Of a stretch of 64,000 nt of DNA, positions 24,921 to 34,424 are shown one piece after another (within the stretch, counting starts at the first letter, position 1; every line of letters begins with the position of its first letter). The stretch spans positions 78,265 to 142,264 of the forward strand of contig JBEKVN010000013.1 in NCBI GenBank assembly GCA_049513915.1, read 5' to 3'. The translations under genes and the position numbers were made by a program. This DNA is from Candidatus Aminicenantales bacterium (lineage in GTDB: Bacteria > Acidobacteriota > Aminicenantia > Aminicenantales > Saccharicenantaceae). The notes below the pieces were generated by a model. That model did no database searches. It was not told where the DNA came from and was given only the letters and a program-made list of their open reading frames with translations.

Positions 24921-26147
24921 ATGGCCAAACAATTCCGGTTCCCCGACGTCGGGGAAGGCATCACGGAAGGCGAAATCGTCCGCTGGCTGGTGAAGGAAGG
25001 CGAGGAGATCAAGGCCGACCAGACCCTGGCCGAAATCGAAACCGACAAGGCCATCGTCGAAATGCCCTCCCCTTACGCCGGGACGGTGCTCAAGCTCCAT
25101 TTCAAGGAAAAGGACATCGTCAAGGTCGGGCAGGTCCTCGTGACGATCGGGGAAAAAGGCGAGGCGGTGCCCGAGGCGGGAGCGGCGGCCCAGGCGCCGG
25201 TCGCGGAGGCGCGGGCCGGAACGCTTTCCGGGACGATAGCCGCTGGAGCCGCGGCCCAGGCCGGCGCGGTTCAGGCCACGCCCAAGGTCCGAAAGCTCGC
25301 ACAGGAGCTCGCGGTTGACCTCGCGGCTATCCAGGGAACGGGCCCGGGCGGCCGGATCACCGAGGACGACGTCCAAGCGGCCAAAGAGAAGCTTCCCGAA
25401 AAGAAACGCGAGATCAAGGTCAAATCGAAATATGACTTCTACGGAACCCTGGAGCGCATCCCGCTCCGCGGCATCCGGCGGGCCACCGCCAAGCACATGC
25501 GGGAATCGCTGGATAAGGCGGCCCACGTCACGCATTGCGACGAGGCCGACGCCACCAAGCTGGTGGCCCTCCGCGACGCGATGAAGCCCGAAGCCGAGGC
25601 CAAGGGCGTCAAGCTCACCTACCTGCCGTTCATCGTCAAGGCGGTCGTCGAGGCCCTCAAGCTCCACCCGACCCTCAACGCGATGCTCGACGAGGAGGAG
25701 CAGGAGATCGTCGTCAAGAAGTATTACAACATCGGGATCGCGGTCGACGTCCCCGACGGCCTGATCGTCCCCGTGGTCAAGATGGCCGACCAGAAATCGG
25801 TCTTCGATATCGCCGAAGAGATCCAGAACCTGGCCAAGGCGGCCAAGGAACGAACGCTTGACCTGGCCGACCTCAAGGGCGGAACGTTTTCCATCACAAA
25901 TATCGGGGTCATCGGCGGGTACGCGGCAACCCCCATCACCAACTATCCCGAAGTGGCCATCCTGGCGTCCATGAAGATCGAGGACCGGCCCCGGGTCGAG
26001 AAGGGGGCCGTCGTCGTCCGGAAAACCATCCCCCTCTGTCTGGCCTTCGACCACCGGGTCAACGACGGCGCGGAGGCGGCCCGTTTCGCCAAAGACCTCA
26101 TCCGCTTCCTGGAGGATCCGGAGAAATTGCCGCTCAAGGGCGAATAA
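24921..26147 (+). CDS. dihydrolipoamide acyltransferase E2 component
   Basis: N-terminal lipoyl domain with ETDKA lipoyl-lysine motif, Ala/Pro-rich linker, E3-binding domain, and catalytic domain with DHRVNDG. Confidence 0.85.
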   Translation: MAKQFRFPDVGEGITEGEIVRWLVKEGEEIKADQTLAEIETDKAIVEMPSPYAGTVLKLHFKEKDIVKVGQVLVTIGEKGEAVPEAGAAAQAPVAEARAGTLSGTIAAGAAAQAGAVQATPKVRKLAQELAVDLAAIQGTGPGGRITEDDVQAAKEKLPEKKREIKVKSKYDFYGTLERIPLRGIRRATAKHMRESLDKAAHVTHCDEADATKLVALRDAMKPEAEAKGVKLTYLPFIVKAVVEALKLHPTLNAMLDEEEQEIVVKKYYNIGIAVDVPDGLIVPVVKMADQKSVFDIAEEIQNLAKAAKERTLDLADLKGGTFSITNIGVIGGYAATPITNYPEVAILASMKIEDRPRVEKGAVVVRKTIPLCLAFDHRVNDGAEAARFAKDLIRFLEDPEKLPLKGE

Positions 26148-26170
26148 GACCCTGTCTTTCCGCGTCCACT

Positions 26171-28051
26171 TTACTGCTTGCCGCAATCGATCGCGGAGAT
26201 CGAAAGGGCGGGCAGAGTCAGGACGTTCCCGGACGGTTTATCGACCTTCGCCCTGACCACCCGGACGGGATTGGCGAACCCGTTGATGATGTCGACCTGC
26301 CGCCGGTCCTGCGCGTCCTTGATGACCTCCCCTCCCCTGACGGCGAAGCCCGGCCCGAAATCCGACAGGTCAACCGTGACGTCCACGGGTTCTGTCCCCG
26401 GATTGACCACAAAGACGGTGACCGCGGATTTGTCTTCGGCGGCGCAGGCCGTCACGTCCACCCCGGCCGGCACGTCGGCCGCCACCCGGAGCGGCAAGGG
26501 ACGCGAATGCTGCCGGTACATGGACATGACGTGGAAGCCGGGCGTCCGGTAGAGCCCCGCGGCGTTGGTCTGGATCGTCCCGCCGCTGAAGCTGTTGGTC
26601 AGGTTCGACCGGCAGGCCAGGGCCACGAAATCGGCGTGGCGATGCAGGACATTGAGGAACTGGGCTTCGAAAATCGCGCAGCCCAGGGTGTTGAGCTTGC
26701 CCCGGCCGAGCCCCCAGTTGCCGGCGTCGATGTTCCACTCCGTGACGCCCATCCGGATCCTGTCGCGGCCGGCCGATTCCTTAATCCAGCCCTCGATCTT
26801 CCGCAGGTCAGAATCCACGCCGTCGAGGTCGGGCTGATAGTAGTGCGGACAGGCGATATCGATGTCCGGGCCCGCGACGTCGATGATTTCCTTCGTCGGG
26901 AAGGACGAGAGGACGAGGGCCTTGGGGTCGGCGGCCCGGACAGCCCGGGCGAACTCCACGAGGCTTTTGACGTATCCGGGAGCGCCGATCTCGTTCCCGA
27001 TTTGAAAGTATCTGACGCCGTAAGGCTCGGGCCGGCCGTTCGCGGCCCGTTTCCGACCCCACTCTGAGTCGGCTGGCCCGTTGAGATATTCGACCAGGCG
27101 CCTGGCGTTGTCCAGCCCGTCTCCGAGGCTGACGCAAACGAGCGGCTCCGCGCCGGCGGCCCGGCAGAAACGCACGAATTCCTCGACCCCGACGTCGTTC
27201 GTGTCCCGCCGGCCCCAAACCCGGTTAACAAAGGACGGCCGGAGGTCGCGGTCGCCGATGGCGTCGGCCCAGCGGTAGGGGCCGGGGTCGATGGTCGAGC
27301 CGCCCCAGCGAAGGATGGGGGGGTCGAGCTCTTTGGCGGCCTCGACGACATCCCGCCGCCAGCCGTCGATGTTGTCCGCGGGCATGAGCGAGACCTTGTC
27401 CAGCCAGAGGCGGCCCCGGCCGCTCGCCTCGATCTCGAAAACCGCCCGGTCGGTCGTGCCCTGCGAAACGAGCGCGCCGGAGAACTTGGTCCATTCGGGG
27501 CCCGGCTTGGGGAGTTCGAGCGCGGCCAGCGTCATCCACGACCCGTCAGGGAGGAGGGTCTTAAGCGAAATCCGGACCTTCAGAGACGACGCGTCGGCGC
27601 GCCAATGCCCTGACACGGGATAGGCCATCCCCTTCCGAACGGCGAGGCCGCCCTGCGTGAGCCGTACGGGGCGGCTTCCCGGCGCGTCCAGCCGGCAGGA
27701 CTGCCGGTCGTTGAACGGATTCGCCGTGTCATACGCCCAGTCGGGACTCTTGTCCCAGTCACGGTCGCAGAGGTTGGGCTCTCCCCGGAAATAGTCCCAG
27801 GTCGAGGTCGGAAGGATGCCTTCGAACCCCCGGTCGCCGAGCATCTCGGCCCACATCCCCGGCACGACATCGTCGAGAAGCTCGACGAACCCGCCGTAGA
27901 GCATGGGGCTAATCCGGCCGCCGTGGAGCGGCTGGGAGGTGATTTTCAGGACGGTCCCGCGGACCGGCGCGCCCGCAATCCCGCGATGCGTCAGCGGCAG
28001 CGAAGTCAGGAACAGGATGGCCAACGCCATCCGGAATCGCCGAGCTGTCAT
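26171..28051 (-). CDS. secreted clan GH-A glycoside hydrolase, probably GH51-like alpha-L-arabinofuranosidase
   Basis: Signal peptide. TIM-barrel region with a GNE acid/base-type motif (FQIGNEIGAPGY). Size and layout match GH51. Family assignment is tentative. Confidence 0.5.
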   Translation of the reverse strand: MTARRFRMALAILFLTSLPLTHRGIAGAPVRGTVLKITSQPLHGGRISPMLYGGFVELLDDVVPGMWAEMLGDRGFEGILPTSTWDYFRGEPNLCDRDWDKSPDWAYDTANPFNDRQSCRLDAPGSRPVRLTQGGLAVRKGMAYPVSGHWRADASSLKVRISLKTLLPDGSWMTLAALELPKPGPEWTKFSGALVSQGTTDRAVFEIEASGRGRLWLDKVSLMPADNIDGWRRDVVEAAKELDPPILRWGGSTIDPGPYRWADAIGDRDLRPSFVNRVWGRRDTNDVGVEEFVRFCRAAGAEPLVCVSLGDGLDNARRLVEYLNGPADSEWGRKRAANGRPEPYGVRYFQIGNEIGAPGYVKSLVEFARAVRAADPKALVLSSFPTKEIIDVAGPDIDIACPHYYQPDLDGVDSDLRKIEGWIKESAGRDRIRMGVTEWNIDAGNWGLGRGKLNTLGCAIFEAQFLNVLHRHADFVALACRSNLTNSFSGGTIQTNAAGLYRTPGFHVMSMYRQHSRPLPLRVAADVPAGVDVTACAAEDKSAVTVFVVNPGTEPVDVTVDLSDFGPGFAVRGGEVIKDAQDRRQVDIINGFANPVRVVRAKVDKPSGNVLTLPALSISAIDCGKQ

Positions 28052-28075
28052 GTCTCCTCCTCTCGAATTCCGGGC

Positions 28076-29137
28076 TCAGTGGCCGTGACGATGATGCGTG
28101 TCCGGCCAATGGCCGTGGGCATGTTCGGTCCCCTCATGGACGTGTTCGTGGGTGTGGGGTTCCCGGATCGGGCCGTCGTGCGCGTGGAGATGGTGAAGGT
28201 CCGCATGGCTGTGGGAATGGGTGTGTGTGGTCCTCTCATGCCTGTGGGCGTGGGCGTGCCTCTCGCCGACGATCAGGGCGACGGCCACGGCCATCAGCAT
28301 CCCGGCCGCCGCCATGGGCCAGCGGACGGCGTCCCTCAAGAGGACGAGCGCGACCAGCGACCCGGCAAACGGCCCGAAACTGAAAAAAGCCCCCGTCCGG
28401 AACGCCCCCAGGCCCTTGAGGGCCCGGATAAACAGGACCAGGCTCAATCCGTAGCAGACGGCTCCGATGAGCAATCCGTAGGCGGCCGCCGCCCCCAGCC
28501 GATATCCTTGTCCCAGGATAAAAGCCGCGGCCGTCGAAACAGCCCCGGCGGCGAGCCCCTTGATCCTGGCAATTTCGACCGGGTCCTTATCCGAGATCTG
28601 GCGCGTCAAGTTGTTATCAAGCCCCCAGCCGATCATCGCGGCGAGAACCAGGACGGGGCCCGTCAGATTGAACCGGCCTTGCCCGGGGTTCCAGGAAAGC
28701 AGCACGCCGGCCGCGGTCATCATGGCCAGGGCCAGCCAGGTCCTCCTCCCCGCATTCTCCCGGAATAGAAAAACGGCGATGAGCGCCGTGGCCAAGCCTT
28801 CAAAGTTCAGGAGGAGCGAGGCCGAAAATCCGGATATCCGGCTCAAGCCCTCCATCAGGCAAACCGGTCCGATGATGCCTCCCGTGAGGACCGCCCCGGC
28901 CAGCCAGGGAAGGTCCTTTTTTTCGAGGTGGGCTTCCCCGCCCCCCGCGGAGCCGTCCCTCGGGCCCACTGCCCGCCTGGTCACGGAATAGGCCGAGAGG
29001 CCGAGAAAAACGCCCAGATACAGGAGGCCCGCCAGCGCGACGGGGCGGACGTCCCCGAGCAGGAGCTTGGCCAGGGGAGTGCTGACGCCGAACAACACCG
29101 CCGAGAGAAGGACCGCGACGACCGGTTTCACGTTCAT
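28076..29137 (-). CDS. DMT-superfamily (EamA-like) transporter with His-rich C-terminal tail
   Basis: 10 TM helices with duplicated EamA halves. C-terminal roughly 60 aa is HxH-rich (HAHAHRHERTTHTHSHSHADLHHLHAHD...HGHWPDTHHRHGH). Confidence 0.7.
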   Translation of the reverse strand: MNVKPVVAVLLSAVLFGVSTPLAKLLLGDVRPVALAGLLYLGVFLGLSAYSVTRRAVGPRDGSAGGGEAHLEKKDLPWLAGAVLTGGIIGPVCLMEGLSRISGFSASLLLNFEGLATALIAVFLFRENAGRRTWLALAMMTAAGVLLSWNPGQGRFNLTGPVLVLAAMIGWGLDNNLTRQISDKDPVEIARIKGLAAGAVSTAAAFILGQGYRLGAAAAYGLLIGAVCYGLSLVLFIRALKGLGAFRTGAFFSFGPFAGSLVALVLLRDAVRWPMAAAGMLMAVAVALIVGERHAHAHRHERTTHTHSHSHADLHHLHAHDGPIREPHTHEHVHEGTEHAHGHWPDTHHRHGH

Positions 29138-29207
29138 GAGACGCCCTCCGATTATAAATCCGCCCGCTCCCCTGGCTCAAGCGGTAATCGTCGACCGGCC
29201 TCAAGAG

Positions 29208-29400
29208 GGGTGAGGGGACAGCCGGAACGTCATGCGCGGTTTAGCCCAAGAATCGCGCTCTCCGAGGGTAGTTCCAGGGGGAACCGCCAAAACTTGTCTG
29301 AGCTCAGCGTAGCGCACGCTGAGCGAGTTGTTTTGGTGCCGAGGAGAGTGGGATTCTTGCGGCGTGAAGAACCGCGCTCTGGAGTGGAGGCTGACCCTTA
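29208..29400. repeat. family C conserved leader block (copy 1) containing a 111-bp hairpin insertion flanked by 8-bp direct repeat CGCGCTCT
   Basis: The block GCCGGAACGTCATGCGCGGTTTAGCCCAAGAATCGCGCTCT...GGAGTGGAGGC matches 48103-48170 except for the inserted 29262-29372. Direct repeats lie at 29254-29261 and 29373-29380. Inner hairpin at 29287-29336. Confidence 0.45.
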
Positions 29401-29406
29401 CCCCTC

Positions 29407-29435
29407 TTGAGGCCCGGCGGGTTTTCGGCTATAAT
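29407..29435 (+). promoter_or_regulatory. sigma70-like promoter TTGAGG-17-TATAAT upstream of EF-G paralog
   Basis: -35 TTGAGG at 29407-29412 and -10 TATAAT at 29430-29435. The same architecture sits upstream of the M16 peptidase at 48223-48251. Confidence 0.45.
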
Positions 29436-29526
29436 ATGGGCTCATTAGCTCGAATTGGATGACTCCGTCAGTCTCGAAGCGGCTCCCTTCGGAATTCCCG
29501 GACAGAGGCGAATAAGCAAAAGGCAG

Positions 29527-31623
29527 ATGTCTATGAGCACAGAAATCACCAGGATGCGGAATATCGGCATCAGCGCCCACATCGACTCCGGCAAGACAAC
29601 CTTGACGGAGCGGATTCTCTTTTACTGCAAGAAGATCCACAAGATCCACGAGGTCAAGGGCAAGGACGGCGTCGGCGCCACCATGGATTCCATGGACCTC
29701 GAGCGCGAGCGGGGCATCACCATCGCCTCGGCCACGACCAACGTCACCTGGGACGACCATTCCATCAACATCATCGACACGCCCGGCCACGTCGACTTCA
29801 CGATCGAGGTCGAGCGCTCGCTGCGCGTCCTCGACTCGGCCATCCTCGTGCTCTGCTCGGTCGGAGGCGTCCAGTCCCAGACGATCACCGTCGACCGCCA
29901 GCTCCGGCGCTACAACGTCCCCTTCATCGCCTTCGTCAACAAGCTCGACCGCGTCGGCGCCAACCCCTTCAAGGTCCGGGACCAGATCGCCGAGAAACTC
30001 GGGCACAACGCCGTCCTCATGCAGATCCCAGTCGGCCTCGAGGACGGGTTCAAAGGCATCATCGACCTCGTGGCCATGAAGACCCTATCCTTCGACGGGC
30101 CCGACGGCGAGATCGTCCGCGCCGGGGAGATCCCGGCCGGGCTCGAAGCCGAAGCCCGGAAGGCCCGCGAAGCGATGATCGACGCCGCCTCCATGTTCTC
30201 CGACGAGCTCATGGAAGCCGCGCTCGAGGGCAGGGCCACCGAGGACATGATCCATGCCGCCGTGCGCAAGGGCACCGTCGCCCGAAAGCTCATGCCCGTT
30301 TTCGTCGGGTCCGCCTTCAAAAACAAAGGAATCCAGCCTCTTCTCGACGGCGTCGTCCGCTATCTGCCCAACCCGGCCGAGGTGGAAAACCGGGCCATCG
30401 ACCTGGACGAGGAGGGCCTGGAGCACGTCCTCGCCGCCGACCCGGACGCGAAGACCGTCGCCCTGGCTTTCAAGCTCGAAGAAGGGCCATACGGGCAGCT
30501 GACCTATATCCGGATCTACCAGGGGAGCGTCCGCCGGGGCGACGAGCTCGTCAACACCCGGTCCGGCCAGAAGATCAAGGTCGGGCGGCTCGTCCGGATG
30601 CACGCGGACGACATGGCGGAAATTCAGGGCGCCGAGTGCGGCGACATCGTGGCCCTTTTCGGGATCGACTGCGCCTCGGGAGACACCTTCTGCAGCCCGG
30701 GCCTGAACCTGGCCATGACGCCCATCTTCGTCCCCGACCCGGTCATTTCCCTGGCCATCACGACCGTGGACAACGCCGCCGCCGACCGGGTGGCCAAGGC
30801 CCTTAACCGGTTCACCAAGGAAGATCCCACCTTCCGAACCCACGTCGATTCCGAGTCCAACCAGACCATCATCCAGGGCATGGGCGAGCTCCACCTCGAT
30901 ATTTACGTCGAGCGCATGAAGAGGGAATACCGGGCCGAGGTCCAGACCGGAATGCCCCAAGTCGCCTACCGCGAGGCCATCACGCACCGTGTCGAATTCG
31001 ACTACACCCATAAAAAGCAAACCGGAGGCGCCGGCCAGTACGCCCGGGTCATCGGTCACATCGAGCCGCTGCCCAAGGGGACTTACGAGTTCGTGAACGA
31101 AGTCCGGGGCGGCCGCGTCCCCCGCGAATTCATTCCGTCCTGCGACAAGGGTTTCAAGGCCGTCCTCAAAAAGGGCCCGCTCATCGGCTTCCCGGTGACC
31201 GGGATCAGGGTCGTCCTGAACGACGGCGCGTACCACCCCGTGGACTCCTCGGACATCGCCTTCCAGATGGCCGCCCAGGGCGCCTTCCGGCAGGTCTACA
31301 TGAAGGCCAAGCCGCAGATCCTCGAGCCCATCATGAAGGTTTCGGTCGAGGGGCCGAGCGAGTTCGCCGGCAACGTCTTCGCCACGATCAGCCAGAGGCG
31401 CGGCATCATCGTCAGCTCGGTCGAGGACGGGATGTTCGCCCGGGTCGACGCCGAGGTCCCGCTCAGCGAGATGTTCGGCTACTCATCGGTCCTGAGGTCG
31501 CTGACCCAGGGCAAGGCCGAATTCACCATGGAATTCCTGAAATACGGCAGGGTGCCGCCGCACGTCGCCGAGCTCCTGACGGAGCAGTACCTGGAAAAAC
31601 AGAGGAAAGCCTCCCAGAAATAA
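29527..31623 (+). CDS. elongation factor G paralog (EF-G2-like translational GTPase)
   Basis: G1 motif [18 protein letters not shown], plus EF-G domains II-V. The ORF track starts at 29455. The ATG at 29527/29533 (MSMSTEITR) fits homologous N-termini better. Confidence 0.85.
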   Translation: MSMSTEITRMRNIGISAHIDSGKTTLTERILFYCKKIHKIHEVKGKDGVGATMDSMDLERERGITIASATTNVTWDDHSINIIDTPGHVDFTIEVERSLRVLDSAILVLCSVGGVQSQTITVDRQLRRYNVPFIAFVNKLDRVGANPFKVRDQIAEKLGHNAVLMQIPVGLEDGFKGIIDLVAMKTLSFDGPDGEIVRAGEIPAGLEAEARKAREAMIDAASMFSDELMEAALEGRATEDMIHAAVRKGTVARKLMPVFVGSAFKNKGIQPLLDGVVRYLPNPAEVENRAIDLDEEGLEHVLAADPDAKTVALAFKLEEGPYGQLTYIRIYQGSVRRGDELVNTRSGQKIKVGRLVRMHADDMAEIQGAECGDIVALFGIDCASGDTFCSPGLNLAMTPIFVPDPVISLAITTVDNAAADRVAKALNRFTKEDPTFRTHVDSESNQTIIQGMGELHLDIYVERMKREYRAEVQTGMPQVAYREAITHRVEFDYTHKKQTGGAGQYARVIGHIEPLPKGTYEFVNEVRGGRVPREFIPSCDKGFKAVLKKGPLIGFPVTGIRVVLNDGAYHPVDSSDIAFQMAAQGAFRQVYMKAKPQILEPIMKVSVEGPSEFAGNVFATISQRRGIIVSSVEDGMFARVDAEVPLSEMFGYSSVLRSLTQGKAEFTMEFLKYGRVPPHVAELLTEQYLEKQRKASQK

Positions 31624-31637
31624 TGAGAGGAGATGCC

Positions 31638-32366
31638 ATGACGCTCACGGTCAAGGAAGAACTTATCAAGCGGAGCCCCCTGAGGATCCTCGAAAAATCG
31701 ATCTCGGGCGGGCTCGGCCGCGGAAACATCGGCGTCCTCGCTTCCCGGAAAGGCGTGGGCAAGACGGCCTGCCTGGTCCACATCGCCGCGGACAAGCTCC
31801 TCCAGGGCCAGCACATCATCCACGTCTCCTACGCCAGCCGGGTCGACCACATCCTCATCTGGTACGAGGACATCTTCAAGGAGATCGGGAAGAAGCCCGG
31901 GATGAAATCCGCGCTCGAAATGTACGACGAGCTCATCCGCAACCGCGTCATCATGAACTTCAAGCAGGAAGGAACGAAGACCGAGCAGGTCCTCCGGAGC
32001 CTGGAGGCCATGATCGTCCACGGCCAGGTCGGGGCCGAAACGGTCATCGTGGACGGCCTCGATTTCGCCCAGTCCGGGCCCGAGGACCTCCGGAAGTTCA
32101 AGGAATTCGCCGGCCGCCTCGGACTCGAAGTTTGGTTCAGCGCCTCCCTCCGGGGGGACGAGCCCCTGTTCGACGATAAAGGGATCCCGTTCATGCTCCG
32201 GGACCACCTGGGCGTCATCGACGTCCTGATCTCCCTCCAGCACCACGGCGACCATGTCCATTTCACCCTGGTCAAGGACCACGACCGGCTGGCGCCCAAG
32301 GACATGCGCCTGAAGCTCGACCCGAAAACGCTCCTTATCGCCAGGGATGTCGTCCGGACGGCCTGA
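31638..32366 (+). CDS. single-domain KaiC/RecA-like P-loop ATPase
   Basis: GGLGRGNIGVLASRKGVGKTA Walker A-like segment and hydrophobic Walker B VIVDGLD. RBS GAGAGGAGA before the ATG at 31638. First in-frame ATG at 31623 overlaps the EF-G stop (TAATG). Confidence 0.5.
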   Translation: MTLTVKEELIKRSPLRILEKSISGGLGRGNIGVLASRKGVGKTACLVHIAADKLLQGQHIIHVSYASRVDHILIWYEDIFKEIGKKPGMKSALEMYDELIRNRVIMNFKQEGTKTEQVLRSLEAMIVHGQVGAETVIVDGLDFAQSGPEDLRKFKEFAGRLGLEVWFSASLRGDEPLFDDKGIPFMLRDHLGVIDVLISLQHHGDHVHFTLVKDHDRLAPKDMRLKLDPKTLLIARDVVRTA

Positions 32367-32382
32367 CCGTCCGCGAGCTTTT

Positions 32383-32411
32383 TTGACGCGCCGTTTCTTC
32401 TGTGCTATATG
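32383..32411 (+). promoter_or_regulatory. sigma70-like promoter TTGACG-17-TATATG upstream of HAD hydrolase gene
   Basis: -35 at 32383-32388 and -10 at 32406-32411. Confidence 0.35.
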
Positions 32412-32452
32412 TTTAGTTTTCCATAGATAGCCGGATAGAAGACGACAGGACC

Positions 32453-33106
32453 TTGACTCAAAAACGCCTGGCCATCATCGACCTCGACGGCACTCTCCTC
32501 CGAAGGACGAGCTCGGAGTACTCGTTCTTCCGCTTCCTCGTCCTGCGGGGGAAAATCAGTCCGATCCGCCTGGCGTCGTTTTTTCTGACGTTCGGCCGCG
32601 ACGCCCTGAAGCTCGGGCTTCGCCAGGCGCTCGGCTGGAACGCCACGTATCTCCGGGGAGAGACGCCCGCAAGGGTCGCCGTCTGGGCCGGGAAATTCGG
32701 AAAGGCTTACCTCCGGGACGCCGTGCCCGAGGGGCTCCAGAAGAGGATCCGGGGATTCAAGGCTCAGGGCTGTCTCATCATCCTTCTCTCGGGCTCCCTG
32801 CAGGTCCTCGTCAACGAGCTCAGGGAAAAGCTCGCGGTCGACTTCGTCATCGGCCGCGAACTCGAAATCGTGGGGGGCAAACTCACCGGCCACCGTCTCG
32901 GCATTTATCCCTACGCCCGTCAGAAAGTCGAAGCCCTGTTCAAGAGGATCAAGCCCGCCGAAATCGACTGGAAGGAATCCTGGGCGCTGGCCGACCGGCT
33001 GTCGGATCTGCCCGTCCTGGAACTCGTCGGCCATCCCGTGGCCGTCCACCCCACCGCGGGGCTCCGCCGGCACGCCCTTCAGCACGGCTGGGAAATCATC
33101 GGCTGA
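32453..33106 (+). CDS. HAD-superfamily subfamily IB hydrolase (phosphoserine phosphatase-like)
   Basis: DxDGT motif (IIDLDGTLL) and a downstream HAD motif. Apparent TTG start. Confidence 0.65.
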   Translation: MTQKRLAIIDLDGTLLRRTSSEYSFFRFLVLRGKISPIRLASFFLTFGRDALKLGLRQALGWNATYLRGETPARVAVWAGKFGKAYLRDAVPEGLQKRIRGFKAQGCLIILLSGSLQVLVNELREKLAVDFVIGRELEIVGGKLTGHRLGIYPYARQKVEALFKRIKPAEIDWKESWALADRLSDLPVLELVGHPVAVHPTAGLRRHALQHGWEIIG

Positions 33107-33233
33107 GCCGGCCCGAACAGGGTTCCTCCCGTCATTTCAACGTCGCCGAACTCCCCTCGATCTCCGTCCACCGCTCGGCCCGGCCGGCGGCAAGCAAAAC
33201 CTTGAGACAGAAGGCGTCCGGGCGGGCGCGGTG

Positions 33234-34262
33234 TCATCCCCGGGCCAGGATGACTTTCAGTGTGTCGGCATATTTCCGGCTCGGGGCGTCGGGCGTGACG
33301 AAGGCGATTTCGTCCGGTCCCTTGACGCCCAGCCCGAGTTCGACCGCCCTTTGGATCTGCTCTTGCTCGAAGATCTTCGTGTTCATAATGGCCTCGTTCG
33401 AGCCGAGGTCTTTGAGGACGGCCAGGCCGGCGGCGTCGACCGCGACCCGGTCCGTGCCGGCGATGAAGACACCGGCGCTCGCCTGTTTCCCTTTGCTCGG
33501 GCCGCCGTCGACGAAGGCCTCCACGCCGTCGAGGACGATGAGGCCGGGCTTATAGCCCTGGTTGATCTCCGCGATCATCCGCCTCTGGTCGGGGGAGCGA
33601 TGGAGCTGGCGCATGAGCCGCTTGGGGGTCATCCCCACGGCCAGCTTGAGGGACATGGTGAAGACGCCGCCGTAAGCGTGGGTCTTGAGGCAGCAGGTCG
33701 AGACGACGAAATCGGATTCGACGACCGGCCTCGGAATGAAAAACCCGCCATCCCAATGGTTCCCGGGCGGATTGAAGGGCACCCAGTCCACATCGGCCAG
33801 TTCTTCGAAATTGACGATGCCGAAGCCCAGGGACTTGGCCATTTCGAAGATCCCTTTCTCCTCCATGACCTTCTTAGTCTCCGGCGGGCCGCTTCGTTCG
33901 CCGACGGTGACCGAGCCCGCCCCCCGCTTCTTGAGCTCCCCGACGATCGCGGCGAGCGTGTCATTGTGGGTCGAGCCGGGCGTCGGGTCGGCGGTATTGA
34001 AATTCGGCTTGATCAGGACGCGTTTGCCGGTGAGGGATGGAATCTTCAAAAGCTTCAAGGCCGTTTCGACGCCCTGTTTCCGGTCGGCGGTCTTGACCAG
34101 GGCGATGGTCGTCCCCCCGGCGCCAGTCGCCTTCTCCCCGGCCGACAAGGTCCGGGCCGCGAACGAGCCAGCCGCCGGAACGGCCGCCAGGCCGGCCACC
34201 GTTGTCACCGAGACCTTGATGAAATCGCGCCGCGACCACCTTGAAGAGTCGAATTGTCTCAT
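33234..34262 (-). CDS. DUF362-domain protein with twin-arginine (Tat) signal peptide
   Basis: N-terminal SRRDFIKVSVTTVAGLAAVPAAGSFA matches the Tat motif. DUF362-like core. Confidence 0.65.
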   Translation of the reverse strand: MRQFDSSRWSRRDFIKVSVTTVAGLAAVPAAGSFAARTLSAGEKATGAGGTTIALVKTADRKQGVETALKLLKIPSLTGKRVLIKPNFNTADPTPGSTHNDTLAAIVGELKKRGAGSVTVGERSGPPETKKVMEEKGIFEMAKSLGFGIVNFEELADVDWVPFNPPGNHWDGGFFIPRPVVESDFVVSTCCLKTHAYGGVFTMSLKLAVGMTPKRLMRQLHRSPDQRRMIAEINQGYKPGLIVLDGVEAFVDGGPSKGKQASAGVFIAGTDRVAVDAAGLAVLKDLGSNEAIMNTKIFEQEQIQRAVELGLGVKGPDEIAFVTPDAPSRKYADTLKVILARG

Positions 34263-34424
34263 GTCTGTCTTCTCCTCCGTTTATTATAGCTTATCCGCCT
34301 AAATGTATCGTGCCGGCCTCATCGACTCCTCGGCAAGCGGCCAGGTCGCGGAGAGCGCTGAATTCCCGAGGTATTTTTCCGGGTGATCGGGTTCTTCATG
34401 ATCCTCGGCTCCTCGTGGGGATGT

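Noticed and set aside
29138-29526. tRNA or other structured RNA gene in the long EF-G upstream intergenic region
   Set aside because: No tRNA-like cloverleaf hallmarks (GTTCGAATC T-loop, CCA context). The structure is explained better by the family C block plus a hairpin insertion and promoter.
30085-31236. 383-aa minus-strand ORF inside the EF-G paralog
   Set aside because: Antisense artefact. EF-G motifs on the plus strand are unequivocal.
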